DNA of 64,000 nucleotides, from positions 32,001-96,000 of the forward strand of contig JBGANF010000001.1 of the NCBI GenBank assembly GCA_044222475.1, read 5' to 3'. The DNA is from Polyangiaceae bacterium (lineage in GTDB: Bacteria > Myxococcota_A > Polyangia > Polyangiales > Polyangiaceae). The position numbers and the translations under genes are program-made. Below the pieces are notes generated by a model. It was not told the origin of the DNA, did no database searches, and saw only the letters and a program-made list of their open reading frames with translations. Shown here piece by piece: positions 27,883 to 38,339 of the stretch. Position 1 is the first letter of the stretch, and each line of letters opens with the position of its first letter.

Positions 27883-29659
27883 GGCCCTTGAATCCGGCGA
27901 CCGTCTTCGCGCGATCGCCGAGCGGAGGCGAGATCGAGCCATCGGAGCGTACCTCGATCACCGCGGGTCGCTTCCCAGCAAACGCGGCGGCGACGGCGGG
28001 ACCTATCTGACCCGGTCGGTCGACGAGAACCGAGTCGATGCCCATCGCGCGCGCGATGGCGACGATGTCGAGCTTCTTGCGATACACGACGGAGTCCATC
28101 GCGCGGCCTCCGCTCACGAGCTTGCTCCCGTGCCAGGTGATGCCGTGCATCTGGTTGTTCTCCACGATCCACACGACCGGCACGTCGTACTCGTTCGCCG
28201 TCAGGAGCTCCATGCCGTTCATCGTGAAGCACGCGTCGCCGACGATCGCGATCACCGGCCGACTCGGGTCGGCGAGCTTCGCCCCGATTGGCGCGCAGGT
28301 TCCGTGCCCCATCGAGCCGAAGCCGAGGTTCAGGATGAACCTCTGCCGGCGGCGAATGCTCAGGTCGTGAATGTTGAAGAGCATGTGGCCGCCGATGTCG
28401 GAGAACACCACGGCGTCATCGGGGAGCGCGGCCTCGAGCTCCACGCGCCACCGTTGAGGAGTGAGCGGGATCGCCGTCGAAGCGCGAAGGTCGGGGTGCT
28501 CGAACCGGCTCTCGCCCGCGATGGGTCGCGGCGCGTCGGACCAGGTGGACGCAGCGGTGCGGCCTTCGCGAATGGCGCGGTGGATGTGGTAGACGAGCTC
28601 GACGAGGATCGTCTGCGCATCGCCGAGCAACGGCACGTGAACCGGGTATGCACGACCGATGCGGTCGGCGTCGATGTCGAGCTGGACGTGGATCTTGCTC
28701 CCGAGCACCGCTGGGTCCCAGTTGAACGTCGTCGTCTCGTTGAGTGACGCTCCGACCGAGAACAGGACGTCGCCCTCATCGCCGAGAAACGTGCGCCGCG
28801 CATCGCGATGTCCGGCGAAGCCGAGCACGCCGAGCGAGAGCGGATGATCTTCAGGGAACGCCCCCTTCGCTCGCGGGGTGGTAGCGACGCGCGCCGGAAG
28901 CAGCTCCGCCAGCGTGCGCACGTGCTCCTCTGCGTTCGCACCCACGACGCCGGAGCCCACGAGAATCAGCGGACGCTTTGCCTCGAGTAGGGTTTTCGCG
29001 GCGGCGGCGACCGCACTGCGATCGAACACGTTGCTCGCCGAGCGATACGTCTTGGGATCGAACCACTGCTCTTCGGCGACCGCGCGTCCCCAGAAATCCA
29101 CCGGAATGTTGAGGTGCACCGGACCGGGTCTCCCGGAGAGGCTCATGCGCAGCGCTCTCCTCAAGTGGTGACCGATCCGATCCGGTGAAGTCACGAGCGC
29201 CGAGTACTTGGTGACCGACCGAAACATGCCCACCGAGTCCATGTCCTCGGGTGACGTCTCTTGCGCGGCGCCCTTGCCCGTCGTGGTCGAGGGGGCTTGG
29301 CCGGTAATCACGAGCAGCGGAACACCGTCGGCGTACGCCACGGAGACACCGGTGAGGAGGTTCGTCGCTCCCGGCCCGGACGTGCCCGCGCACACGGCGA
29401 GGCGGTTCTTCATGCGCGCGAACCCGTCGGCCATGAACGCCGCGCCCTCCTCGTGCTTGGCGACGATGAGGCGAAACGACGGGTGACGCTCGACGGCATC
29501 GAAGAACGGGTGCAACAGGCCGCCGGGGACTCCGAAAACCACGGTCGCGTCCTCGGCGAGGAGGTAGCGAAGCATGACGTCGACGGCGGTCGGGGTCTCG
29601 ATGACCCCCGAGTCTTCGTCGGAGTCTCGGCGGGCGCGCGGGAAGAACGAGCTGGACAT
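27866..29659 (-). CDS. Thiamine-diphosphate-dependent enzyme (acetolactate synthase-like)
   Basis: VFGVPGG, KHEEGAAFMADG, TSGPGATN, GPVHLNIP, FGSMG, GDACF...NN ThDP motif. Confidence 0.93.
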   Translation of the reverse strand: MSSSFFPRARRDSDEDSGVIETPTAVDVMLRYLLAEDATVVFGVPGGLLHPFFDAVERHPSFRLIVAKHEEGAAFMADGFARMKNRLAVCAGTSGPGATNLLTGVSVAYADGVPLLVITGQAPSTTTGKGAAQETSPEDMDSVGMFRSVTKYSALVTSPDRIGHHLRRALRMSLSGRPGPVHLNIPVDFWGRAVAEEQWFDPKTYRSASNVFDRSAVAAAAKTLLEAKRPLILVGSGVVGANAEEHVRTLAELLPARVATTPRAKGAFPEDHPLSLGVLGFAGHRDARRTFLGDEGDVLFSVGASLNETTTFNWDPAVLGSKIHVQLDIDADRIGRAYPVHVPLLGDAQTILVELVYHIHRAIREGRTAASTWSDAPRPIAGESRFEHPDLRASTAIPLTPQRWRVELEAALPDDAVVFSDIGGHMLFNIHDLSIRRRQRFILNLGFGSMGHGTCAPIGAKLADPSRPVIAIVGDACFTMNGMELLTANEYDVPVVWIVENNQMHGITWHGSKLVSGGRAMDSVVYRKKLDIVAIARAMGIDSVLVDRPGQIGPAVAAAFAGKRPAVIEVRSDGSISPPLGDRAKTVAGFKGRDSRG

Positions 29660-29662
29660 GCG

Positions 29663-31336
29663 TCAGTGTGCGGAGCGGATGCGGACGACGCGGCGGACCA
29701 CGTCCTGAATGGCTTCGGACGGCGGCGCTTTGGCGACCGTTGCGCTCGGTGGCAGCGGCGTGGCCTCGCGCTCGACCGGAAAGTGAATCCACACCGTGGT
29801 GCCCATCCCCGGTCGTGACATGACCTCGAGGCGGCCGCCAACCTGATCGAGCAGTCGAACCGTGTTCGCCAGACCGATGCCGAGGCTGTCACCGATGGCG
29901 GGGTTCTCGTCCGGCTCGGTGCCGGTGAACACGTGCTCCAGACGATCCGGGCTGATTCCGCGTCCCGTGTCGGACACTTTGACCGAGAGCGTGCCGGGCG
30001 ATCCGGAGACTTCGACGACGATACTTCCGCGATCGGTGTATTTTGCAGCGTTCGTGACGATGTTGTCGATGATGCGATCGAAGATCGTCGCATCGGACGT
30101 GATGGCGTCGGGCGCCTCGCGCGCGCGGAAGCAGCTCGCGGTGACGCCGCGCCCGAGGAGCAACGCGTCGAAATGGGCCTTGATGCGATCGGCGAGGCCG
30201 TCGACTGGGATGCGGGTCGCGCGGATGGAGAAGGCATCGGGCTTGTTCGCGGCCACCTCGGCGAGCTGACCGAGCTGGTCCCGCAGTCGTCGGACCGACT
30301 CCTCGATCTCGCGGCCCGCCTCCCCCTCGTCATAGGGTTCACGTGATCGCAGCCGATGAGCGAGAAAGATGAGGACCTGGAGCGGGCTCCGCATGTCGTG
30401 AGAAAGCCCTCGCAACGAGATGCTCTTCTGGTCCTGGAGGGAAGTGATCTTCTCGATGAGCTCCTCGAGCTGCGCCGTTCTCTCGCGAACGCGCTCTTCG
30501 AGAAGGCCGGTGTAGCTCTGCTCGCGCTGACTGAGCGAGCGCAGCTCGGCCACTGCGCGCTCGTGGTCTTGGACGAGGTCCTCGACCAACCGCGTCGTGT
30601 CGCTCTGAAACGTCGTCGTCGTCCGCGAGCTCTCCGCGTACGCGACCGCAAGACCGATCGCTCCACCCAACAGCGGAAACAGCGTGAGGAGCGGCCCGCC
30701 CAACGCGGGAGACACATGCGGCGCCGCCACGGCGAGCGCGCTCGCGCCAGCGGCGCCGAGGAGTGCCCATCGCATCCGCAACGTCTCGGCCCACCGAACG
30801 ACGTAGCTGCAGCAATCGTCACCGTGGGCGATGCACTTCTCCTCGGTGAGCGCCGCTGGCGGGAGCCCGGGCCACAGCGACGGCACGAGCTTCAGTTGCG
30901 CCTGACGGCTGAGGCACATCAAACGACTCTCGGTCTTGGAGCTCTTGTAGGTGATCCGAACCGTGTTCGGCGGTCCGGTGTCCTCGATCGTGAACTTGCT
31001 GATCGAGCTGACCACGCTCGCCGTGCGCACCATGCCGCCGTATGCGGTGCGCACAGTGCCGGCGCGGAACAAGATGATGAGCGCGCCGTAGCGGCGGATG
31101 GCTTCGTACGAACAGGCGCGGACGAACTCGCCGTCGCTTGCCATGAGCGCGCGCGAGCGTTCGAGGATCTCCTCGAACTGCTCGTGGCTCACCCACCCAT
31201 CGGGCGAGTCGGGGTCGATCGCGGTCCCGGCAGGCGCCAATACCTCGGCGCACGCCGCCGCTCCGTGTCGCTCTTTCACATAGTGAAGCAGCGACGCGAT
31301 GATCTTCAGGTTGAGGTCGCGCGATGGTTGCGGCAT
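29663..31336 (-). CDS. Sensor histidine kinase with N-terminal H-NOX/V4R-like domain
   Basis: CIAHGDDCCSYVVRW V4R-type motif, 2 TMs, SHDMRSPL H-box, NAAKYT, DTGRGI, GIGL. Confidence 0.88.
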   Translation of the reverse strand: MPQPSRDLNLKIIASLLHYVKERHGAAACAEVLAPAGTAIDPDSPDGWVSHEQFEEILERSRALMASDGEFVRACSYEAIRRYGALIILFRAGTVRTAYGGMVRTASVVSSISKFTIEDTGPPNTVRITYKSSKTESRLMCLSRQAQLKLVPSLWPGLPPAALTEEKCIAHGDDCCSYVVRWAETLRMRWALLGAAGASALAVAAPHVSPALGGPLLTLFPLLGGAIGLAVAYAESSRTTTTFQSDTTRLVEDLVQDHERAVAELRSLSQREQSYTGLLEERVRERTAQLEELIEKITSLQDQKSISLRGLSHDMRSPLQVLIFLAHRLRSREPYDEGEAGREIEESVRRLRDQLGQLAEVAANKPDAFSIRATRIPVDGLADRIKAHFDALLLGRGVTASCFRAREAPDAITSDATIFDRIIDNIVTNAAKYTDRGSIVVEVSGSPGTLSVKVSDTGRGISPDRLEHVFTGTEPDENPAIGDSLGIGLANTVRLLDQVGGRLEVMSRPGMGTTVWIHFPVEREATPLPPSATVAKAPPSEAIQDVVRRVVRIRSAH

Positions 31337-31352
31337 CGACGGGGGGCAGAAC

Positions 31353-31381
31353 ACTATAGGCCCGAGTGCGCGAATTGGCGA
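31353..31381 (-). promoter_or_regulatory. Putative sigma70 promoter of the HK-ThDP operon
   Basis: TCGCCA-17 nt-TATAGT on the minus strand. Confidence 0.45.
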
Positions 31382-31484
31382 TGGAGTCACAACTCCTACA
31401 CCGGCGACATGTTTCAGGTTTTTCCCACCCCGCGCCCTTGCACATGCACCGTAAAGCTGGGGTGCGAATCCGAAATTCGTCAGC

Positions 31485-32910
<1,426 letters not shown>

Positions 32911-32913
32911 ACG

Positions 32914-33984
32914 TCAGAAGCTGGTCCCCGCAGCCCAGTCCTTCTCGAACGTCGTGTTCATCGTCCCGATCGCGTCCTGCTGCGCGAAGATCACGCCGAC
33001 CTCGCGGTTCTTCGAGAGCGACGTCCAGCTCAGGTTCTCCGAGCCGACGTAGGCGCGCTCGCCGTCGGCGACGATCGCCTTCACGTGCACCGTCGGCGAC
33101 GCGAGGTACTTCACCGGGATGGACGCCGAACCGAGGAACTTCGCCGCGTCGAGGTTCGTGTCGATCCAGCTCGGGTTGGCGACGATCACGCGCACCTTCA
33201 CCCCGGCCTTCGCCCGGTCGGCCACGGCGGTTCGCACGTCGTCGTCGGCGAACTGCATCGACTCGATGTCGAGCGTCGTCTTCGCGCTCGCGATGACGGC
33301 CAGGATACGAGCCCGCGCGTTGACCGGCGAGACCACGAGGCGCGTGCAGTCGAGGCTCGGCGCGGTGCCACCGAAGTCGGCGTCGAACAGCGACGCGATG
33401 TCGCCGACGTCCTGCGGATCGCGATCGTGCACGACGTAGTTGCGCTCCTTGAGCACGTTGCTCTGGAGGTAGTTCCCGGTCGACAGGATCGCGAGGGCGT
33501 CATCGACGACCATGACCTTCGCGTGCATGTACGGGAACTTCGGATCACTCCAGTGCACCTCGGCGCCGGCGGCGGTGAGCTGATCGAAGTACTTCTGGTT
33601 GATCGACTTCTTGCCGACGTCGAGGATGACCGAGACCTTCACCTTCGCCGCCGCGCGACCCTTGAGCGCGTCGAGCACTGCGCCGTAGCCCATCTCGTAG
33701 ATCAACACGCGCACCGACTTGGTGGCCTTCGTCACTTCGGTCGCGAGCGCGGCCTCGCCCTCGTCGGGGAGGACCTTGAGCACGAGCGGCACCGCACGCG
33801 GCGCGAGCGGATCGCAGACTGGCACGACGGGCGTCGGCGTCGCGTCCGGCGTCGGCGTCGCGTCCGATCCGGCGTCGCCTTCCGGGACGACCGGCCCGGG
33901 ACCGGGCTGCTCGCTTGCGGCCGAACAGGCGGCGGCGAAGACGGCGAAGAATCCGGCGAGAGCGATGGAGGTGCGCGAGCTCAT
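32914..33984 (-). CDS. Phospholipase D-family lipoprotein
   Basis: Two HKD motifs (HAKVMVVD, HVKAIVAD); lipobox AAAC. Confidence 0.88.
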   Translation of the reverse strand: MSSRTSIALAGFFAVFAAACSAASEQPGPGPVVPEGDAGSDATPTPDATPTPVVPVCDPLAPRAVPLVLKVLPDEGEAALATEVTKATKSVRVLIYEMGYGAVLDALKGRAAAKVKVSVILDVGKKSINQKYFDQLTAAGAEVHWSDPKFPYMHAKVMVVDDALAILSTGNYLQSNVLKERNYVVHDRDPQDVGDIASLFDADFGGTAPSLDCTRLVVSPVNARARILAVIASAKTTLDIESMQFADDDVRTAVADRAKAGVKVRVIVANPSWIDTNLDAAKFLGSASIPVKYLASPTVHVKAIVADGERAYVGSENLSWTSLSKNREVGVIFAQQDAIGTMNTTFEKDWAAGTSF

Positions 33985-34022
33985 GACGCCGACCTTGGCA
34001 TCACGGCGACGGTCCACGCATC

Positions 34023-36509
34023 TCAAAGAATCTCAAAGTTTACGTCGGGGCGAAGCAAGTACCCGTCATCCCTACGCAAAAGCGCCTCGCCAAAGAGATC
34101 GCGCCGCAGCGTCCACACCGCCGTGTAGGCCCGCTGCTCCGCCGCCGTCGGACGCAAGCGCTCGCCCGGCCATCCGGCGCTCGCGATCGCGTCGACCGAG
34201 AGGGCGACCCCCGGCGCGCGCGACCGGGCCTCGACGAGCGCGAGCACGAGCAGGCGAAGCGCGCGTCGCCGCGAGAGCTCGACGCGCTGCCCCTCGGGCG
34301 TGAGCGCGAAGCGCGCCTCGGCCTCGATGCGGAACGGACGCCCGTCGCGCGCGCGCGCGAACCGCAGCGCGCGCCTCACCTCGCTCGACTGCGCGACCGC
34401 CTCCGGTGGTGGAGCCTCCGCAATCTCGGCGCGCACGAACGCCCCGAGGATCGCGTGCGCGTGGAGCAGGAACGGGTGACGCACTCCGCGCAGCATGCGC
34501 TCGGACGCACGCAGCGCCTTGCGAACCTTCGCGCCGCGATCGCCGGCGGCGAACAGCGCGGCCGCGAGGTACGCGCCGGTGAGCGCCTCGAAGCCGACCG
34601 TGGGCGTCCGCACGCGACCGAGCGCGGCAGCGTACGCATCCGCCGCGACGCGGAAGGCACCGCGCTGCATCGCGAGGTGCCCGAGGACGACCTCGACGGC
34701 GGCGTGCTGCGCCGGAGCCGCGACGTCACGAAGGAGGACGTTTGCCTCGGCGACGAGCTGCTCGCCGTCGCTCACCTGCCCCACGTCCGCCATGACGCGC
34801 GCGAGGTAGACGCACGAGAGCGCCTCGAGGCCGGCATCGCCCAGCGCTCGCTGCGCGGCGCGGGCGCGCTCGAGCGACGAGAGCGCATCGGCTTCGCGAC
34901 CGAGCTCGTGCGCGACGTACCCGAGGTGCATGTGCTCGGCCGCGACGTAGCGCGCCGCGCCGTGGCCCTCGTGCTCGGCGAGCGCGGCGCGGTGAAGCGC
35001 CTCGGCTTCGACGAGGCGTCCCGCACGGTGGAGATGAACCGCGAGGTACGACGTGGCGATCGCGTGATCCGGGCCGCGACCGTCGAGCAGCGCGATGGCC
35101 GTGCGCTGCCGAGCCGCGGCTTCGTCGAAGCGGCCGCGCGCCGCGAGCGCGAAGGCCTCCTCCGAGACGCACTGCGCTTCGCCGTGACGATCGCCGAGGT
35201 CGCGGTAGCACGCGATCGCGCGATCGATCTCCGCCGCCGCGTGGTGCCACGCGCCCTCGATGCGCGCGAGCTGCGCCGAGCGCCGCCGCGCTTCGGCTTC
35301 GAGCGCACCGTGCCGAGGCGCAAGCGACAACGCGAGGCCGAACGAGCGGCGCGCGGACGCGTGATCGCCGGCGAGCCGCGCGAGCTCACCGCGCGCGAGC
35401 GCGAGCGGCGCCTTCGTCGGCTTCACGGCCGCGACCACGACCGGGACGCGAAGCGGGCCCAACGCGGACCGCACGCGATGGACCAGCGTCGCCGCTCGTT
35501 CGCGGTGCGACGGCCGCGCTCCCTGCGCGGCGACGAGCGTCAGGTTCGGCTCTTCGAGCGCGAGCCGCGACCAACCTTCCTCCAGCGGCGCGGCCATCGT
35601 GCGCGCGAGCTCCGCCTCGGCCTCTTGGAGGATCGCCTCGGTCACCGGGATCGTCAGGGTGGGCCGGCGCTTCGCCGTCGACACGTCGCGAAGCGGCGCC
35701 GCCAGCGCGAGTCGCGTGGTGCCGTGACGTGATTGGCTCGTCACGAAGCCGAGCGCGAGGAGCCGCCGGCACGCCGCGATCCCGGCGCCGCGCGCCTTCG
35801 ACGCGAACGCGGCTGCGGCTTCGTCCACGGTGAAGGTCGTCGGAAACACCGCGAGCGCGTGGACCAACGCAGCGTCTCGCGATGGCAGCCGAGACAACGC
35901 GCGGGTGCACATCGCGGCGAGCGACTCGTCGCCGTCGGCCAGTTCGTCGAACGCGTCGAGCACCGAACGCTCGTCGATCTCGGCGACGAAGGCGCGCGCG
36001 ATCGCGATGGCGAGCGGGAGCCCACCCATGCGAGCGATCAGCGCGTCGACGATCGCTTCGTTCAGCGGACGCGCTGCCGCGTCGGTCAACAGGCGGCGCG
36101 CGCTGGCGTCCGGGATCGTCCCGAGCTCCACCGCGGGCGCGACGTCGAGGCGCACGCGGGAGACGAGGAGCACGTGAGCGCCCGTCGTGCGCGGACGAAG
36201 AAGCTCCGGGAGGAGCTCGGCGATGCGCTCCGCGTCGTCGACGACGACGAGCTCGCCGTCGCGGGTGGCGATCGCGCGCTCGAGCGTGCGCACGTCGTCG
36301 CGCGCGATGCGGAGCGCGACCGCCAGCGCGCGCCGCGCTTCGTCCGCGGAGCCGACCGCGAGCGACACGTCGCGTCGCTCGCCCCTCCACCGGAGGCGAC
36401 CGACGAGCGCCGTCTTCCCCACCCCGAGCGGACCGTGGACCTGCGCGAGCTTCGACGGCTGGAGCGCGGCCTCGACCGCGCGAAGCTCGGCGTTCCGCTC
36501 GATCCACAC
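34023..36509 (-). CDS. STAND-type ATPase + TPR + C-terminal winged-helix regulator
   Basis: GPLGVGKT Walker A, VVVDDAE Walker B, GGLPLAI, TPRs, WPGE...YTAVWTLRR...DGYLL. Confidence 0.8.
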   Translation of the reverse strand: MWIERNAELRAVEAALQPSKLAQVHGPLGVGKTALVGRLRWRGERRDVSLAVGSADEARRALAVALRIARDDVRTLERAIATRDGELVVVDDAERIAELLPELLRPRTTGAHVLLVSRVRLDVAPAVELGTIPDASARRLLTDAAARPLNEAIVDALIARMGGLPLAIAIARAFVAEIDERSVLDAFDELADGDESLAAMCTRALSRLPSRDAALVHALAVFPTTFTVDEAAAAFASKARGAGIAACRRLLALGFVTSQSRHGTTRLALAAPLRDVSTAKRRPTLTIPVTEAILQEAEAELARTMAAPLEEGWSRLALEEPNLTLVAAQGARPSHRERAATLVHRVRSALGPLRVPVVVAAVKPTKAPLALARGELARLAGDHASARRSFGLALSLAPRHGALEAEARRRSAQLARIEGAWHHAAAEIDRAIACYRDLGDRHGEAQCVSEEAFALAARGRFDEAAARQRTAIALLDGRGPDHAIATSYLAVHLHRAGRLVEAEALHRAALAEHEGHGAARYVAAEHMHLGYVAHELGREADALSSLERARAAQRALGDAGLEALSCVYLARVMADVGQVSDGEQLVAEANVLLRDVAAPAQHAAVEVVLGHLAMQRGAFRVAADAYAAALGRVRTPTVGFEALTGAYLAAALFAAGDRGAKVRKALRASERMLRGVRHPFLLHAHAILGAFVRAEIAEAPPPEAVAQSSEVRRALRFARARDGRPFRIEAEARFALTPEGQRVELSRRRALRLLVLALVEARSRAPGVALSVDAIASAGWPGERLRPTAAEQRAYTAVWTLRRDLFGEALLRRDDGYLLRPDVNFEIL

Positions 36510-36628
36510 GCGGCGAGCCTATCGTGGTCCTGCGCGGGCCGGCACGCGAGTCCTCGCGAACCTACATGTAGCATATTGAGAGAAACTCGGGTATCGTGCG
36601 GGCACACGGTGTGCAAAGGGTGTCTTCG

Positions 36629-37489
36629 ATGAGCTCGACCCGCGTTCTCGCCGCCCTGGGCCTCCTCTCGATCGTCGCCGTCGCGGCCTGCAGCGCCGAC
36701 ACGGAGAGCACCTGCTCGGCCGACGGTCAGGCCCTCAAGGTGTGCGCTGGGAAGAGCACGGTCGCCGGCATCGACGTCTCGTACTACCAGGGCGCGATCG
36801 ACTGGGCGGCGGTGAAGAAGTCGGGCAAGGCGTTCGCGATCGCGCGCGTGAGCGACGGGACGGGCTTCATCGATCCGAAGTTCGACGAAAACTGGAAGGG
36901 GATGAAAGCGGTCGGGCTCATCCGCGGTACCTACCAGTTCTTCCACCCGGGCAAGGATCCGGTCGCTCAGGCCGAGCTCGTGATTGCGCAGCTCAAGGCG
37001 AACGGTGGGCTCCTCGAGGACGACCTCCCGCCGGTGATGGACATGGAGACGACGGACGGCGCGAGCCCGTCGACGATCCAGGCCAACATGAAGATCTGGC
37101 TCGCCCGGATCGAAAAGGAGTACGGGCGGAAGCCCCTCATCTACACCGCCGCGTTCATGAGCACGAACGTGGGGACCGGGTTCACCGCGTATCCGCTGTG
37201 GGTCGCGAACTACGGCACGACGTGCCCCACGATGCCGAGCAACTGGACGAAGTGGGTCATGTGGCAGTCGAGCTCGACCGGATCGGTTCCGGGCATCTCG
37301 GGCAACGTCGACATGGACGAGTTCAACGGCACGCTGCAGGACCTCAAGGACTTCATCAACCCGCCGCCGGTGGAGCCGCCTCCGTCGAAGGACGCGGGAG
37401 CGCCGACGAGCGACGCGGGCACCGTGACGCCGCCCACGCCGACGAACGACGCCGGCACCGTGACGCCGCCGCCGCCCTGCGGTCCCTGA
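36629..37489 (+). CDS. GH25 lysozyme (muramidase) lipoprotein
   Basis: GIDVSYYQG, YQFF, MDME, LWVANY, WQ..S.G.V.GISGNVDMD. Confidence 0.92.
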   Translation: MSSTRVLAALGLLSIVAVAACSADTESTCSADGQALKVCAGKSTVAGIDVSYYQGAIDWAAVKKSGKAFAIARVSDGTGFIDPKFDENWKGMKAVGLIRGTYQFFHPGKDPVAQAELVIAQLKANGGLLEDDLPPVMDMETTDGASPSTIQANMKIWLARIEKEYGRKPLIYTAAFMSTNVGTGFTAYPLWVANYGTTCPTMPSNWTKWVMWQSSSTGSVPGISGNVDMDEFNGTLQDLKDFINPPPVEPPPSKDAGAPTSDAGTVTPPTPTNDAGTVTPPPPCGP

Positions 37490-37582
37490 GAACGCAGCCG
37501 CGCGGCTGTCGTTGCGGTCTACACGCGGTGTGACTCTTTCGAAATGGTCCTCGCGATCGGCCCGGCCTAGGGTCGGGCGGAC

Positions 37583-38332
37583 ATGCGTCTCCCGCTCCAT
37601 CGGATCCAGTGCTTCCTCCTCGTGCTCGCGGGGCTGCTGGCGAGCTCGGTCGCATGGGCGAAACCCGCAGCGCGGGTAGGCGAGCCGCTGCGCCTTGCCG
37701 TCCCGGGCGCGCCCGACGCGTTCTACTACCGGCCCAACGCCGGCAAAGGCATCAAGCCCGTGCTCATGTTCCTCCACGGCCGCGGGGCCAACGTGAAGGA
37801 CAACTGTCGGAGCTGGGCGAAGGTCGGCAGGCAGTTCGGTTGGGTCGTGTGCCCTCAAGGACCCGACGATCGCGGAAATGGAGCGCGAGGTTGGAACAAC
37901 AACGCAACCGTCGGCGGCGCGATCGCGAAGGCGACCGTCGCCGCGTTGCGTGCAAAGTACAACCGAAAGGTGCAGCTCCGCGGAAACGTGATGATCGGGT
38001 TCAGCGAGGGCGCGTTCGTGGCGATGCAGGTCGCGTTGCGCGATCCCGTCACGTGGAACCGGTGGCTGATCCTCGCCGCCAACGACAAGTACTGGGTCGG
38101 CGACGGGGCGCAACTCCTCCACGCCAACCGGTCGAAGATCAAGCGAGTCTTCCTCTTCACCGGCGAAGCCGACGAGGTGGCGGCCAACACCCGACGGGTG
38201 GCCGAGCTCCTGAGAGCCGAGCGGATCGGCGTCAAGATGAAGATCGCGCCGCGGATGGGCCACGAGATCGCCGCCGACCGCATGGTGGTGAGCTACCGCG
38301 CGCCGCTGGCCTGGTTGGTGGCTGCGAAGTGA
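37583..38332 (+). CDS. Secreted alpha/beta hydrolase
   Basis: MFLHGRG, GFSEG nucleophile elbow, GEAD, MGHE. Confidence 0.8.
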   Translation: MRLPLHRIQCFLLVLAGLLASSVAWAKPAARVGEPLRLAVPGAPDAFYYRPNAGKGIKPVLMFLHGRGANVKDNCRSWAKVGRQFGWVVCPQGPDDRGNGARGWNNNATVGGAIAKATVAALRAKYNRKVQLRGNVMIGFSEGAFVAMQVALRDPVTWNRWLILAANDKYWVGDGAQLLHANRSKIKRVFLFTGEADEVAANTRRVAELLRAERIGVKMKIAPRMGHEIAADRMVVSYRAPLAWLVAAK

Positions 38333-38339
38333 ACCGCCT

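Noticed and set aside
24948..29659. Furanolide-type cluster (ThDP enzyme + FabH-like synthase)
   Set aside because: fabH is convergent, broken and looks like ordinary FabH; no acyl-CoA ligase or ammonia lyase is nearby
27866..29659. Calling the ThDP enzyme ilvB
   Set aside because: No regulatory subunit or other ilv genes, and the context is atypical
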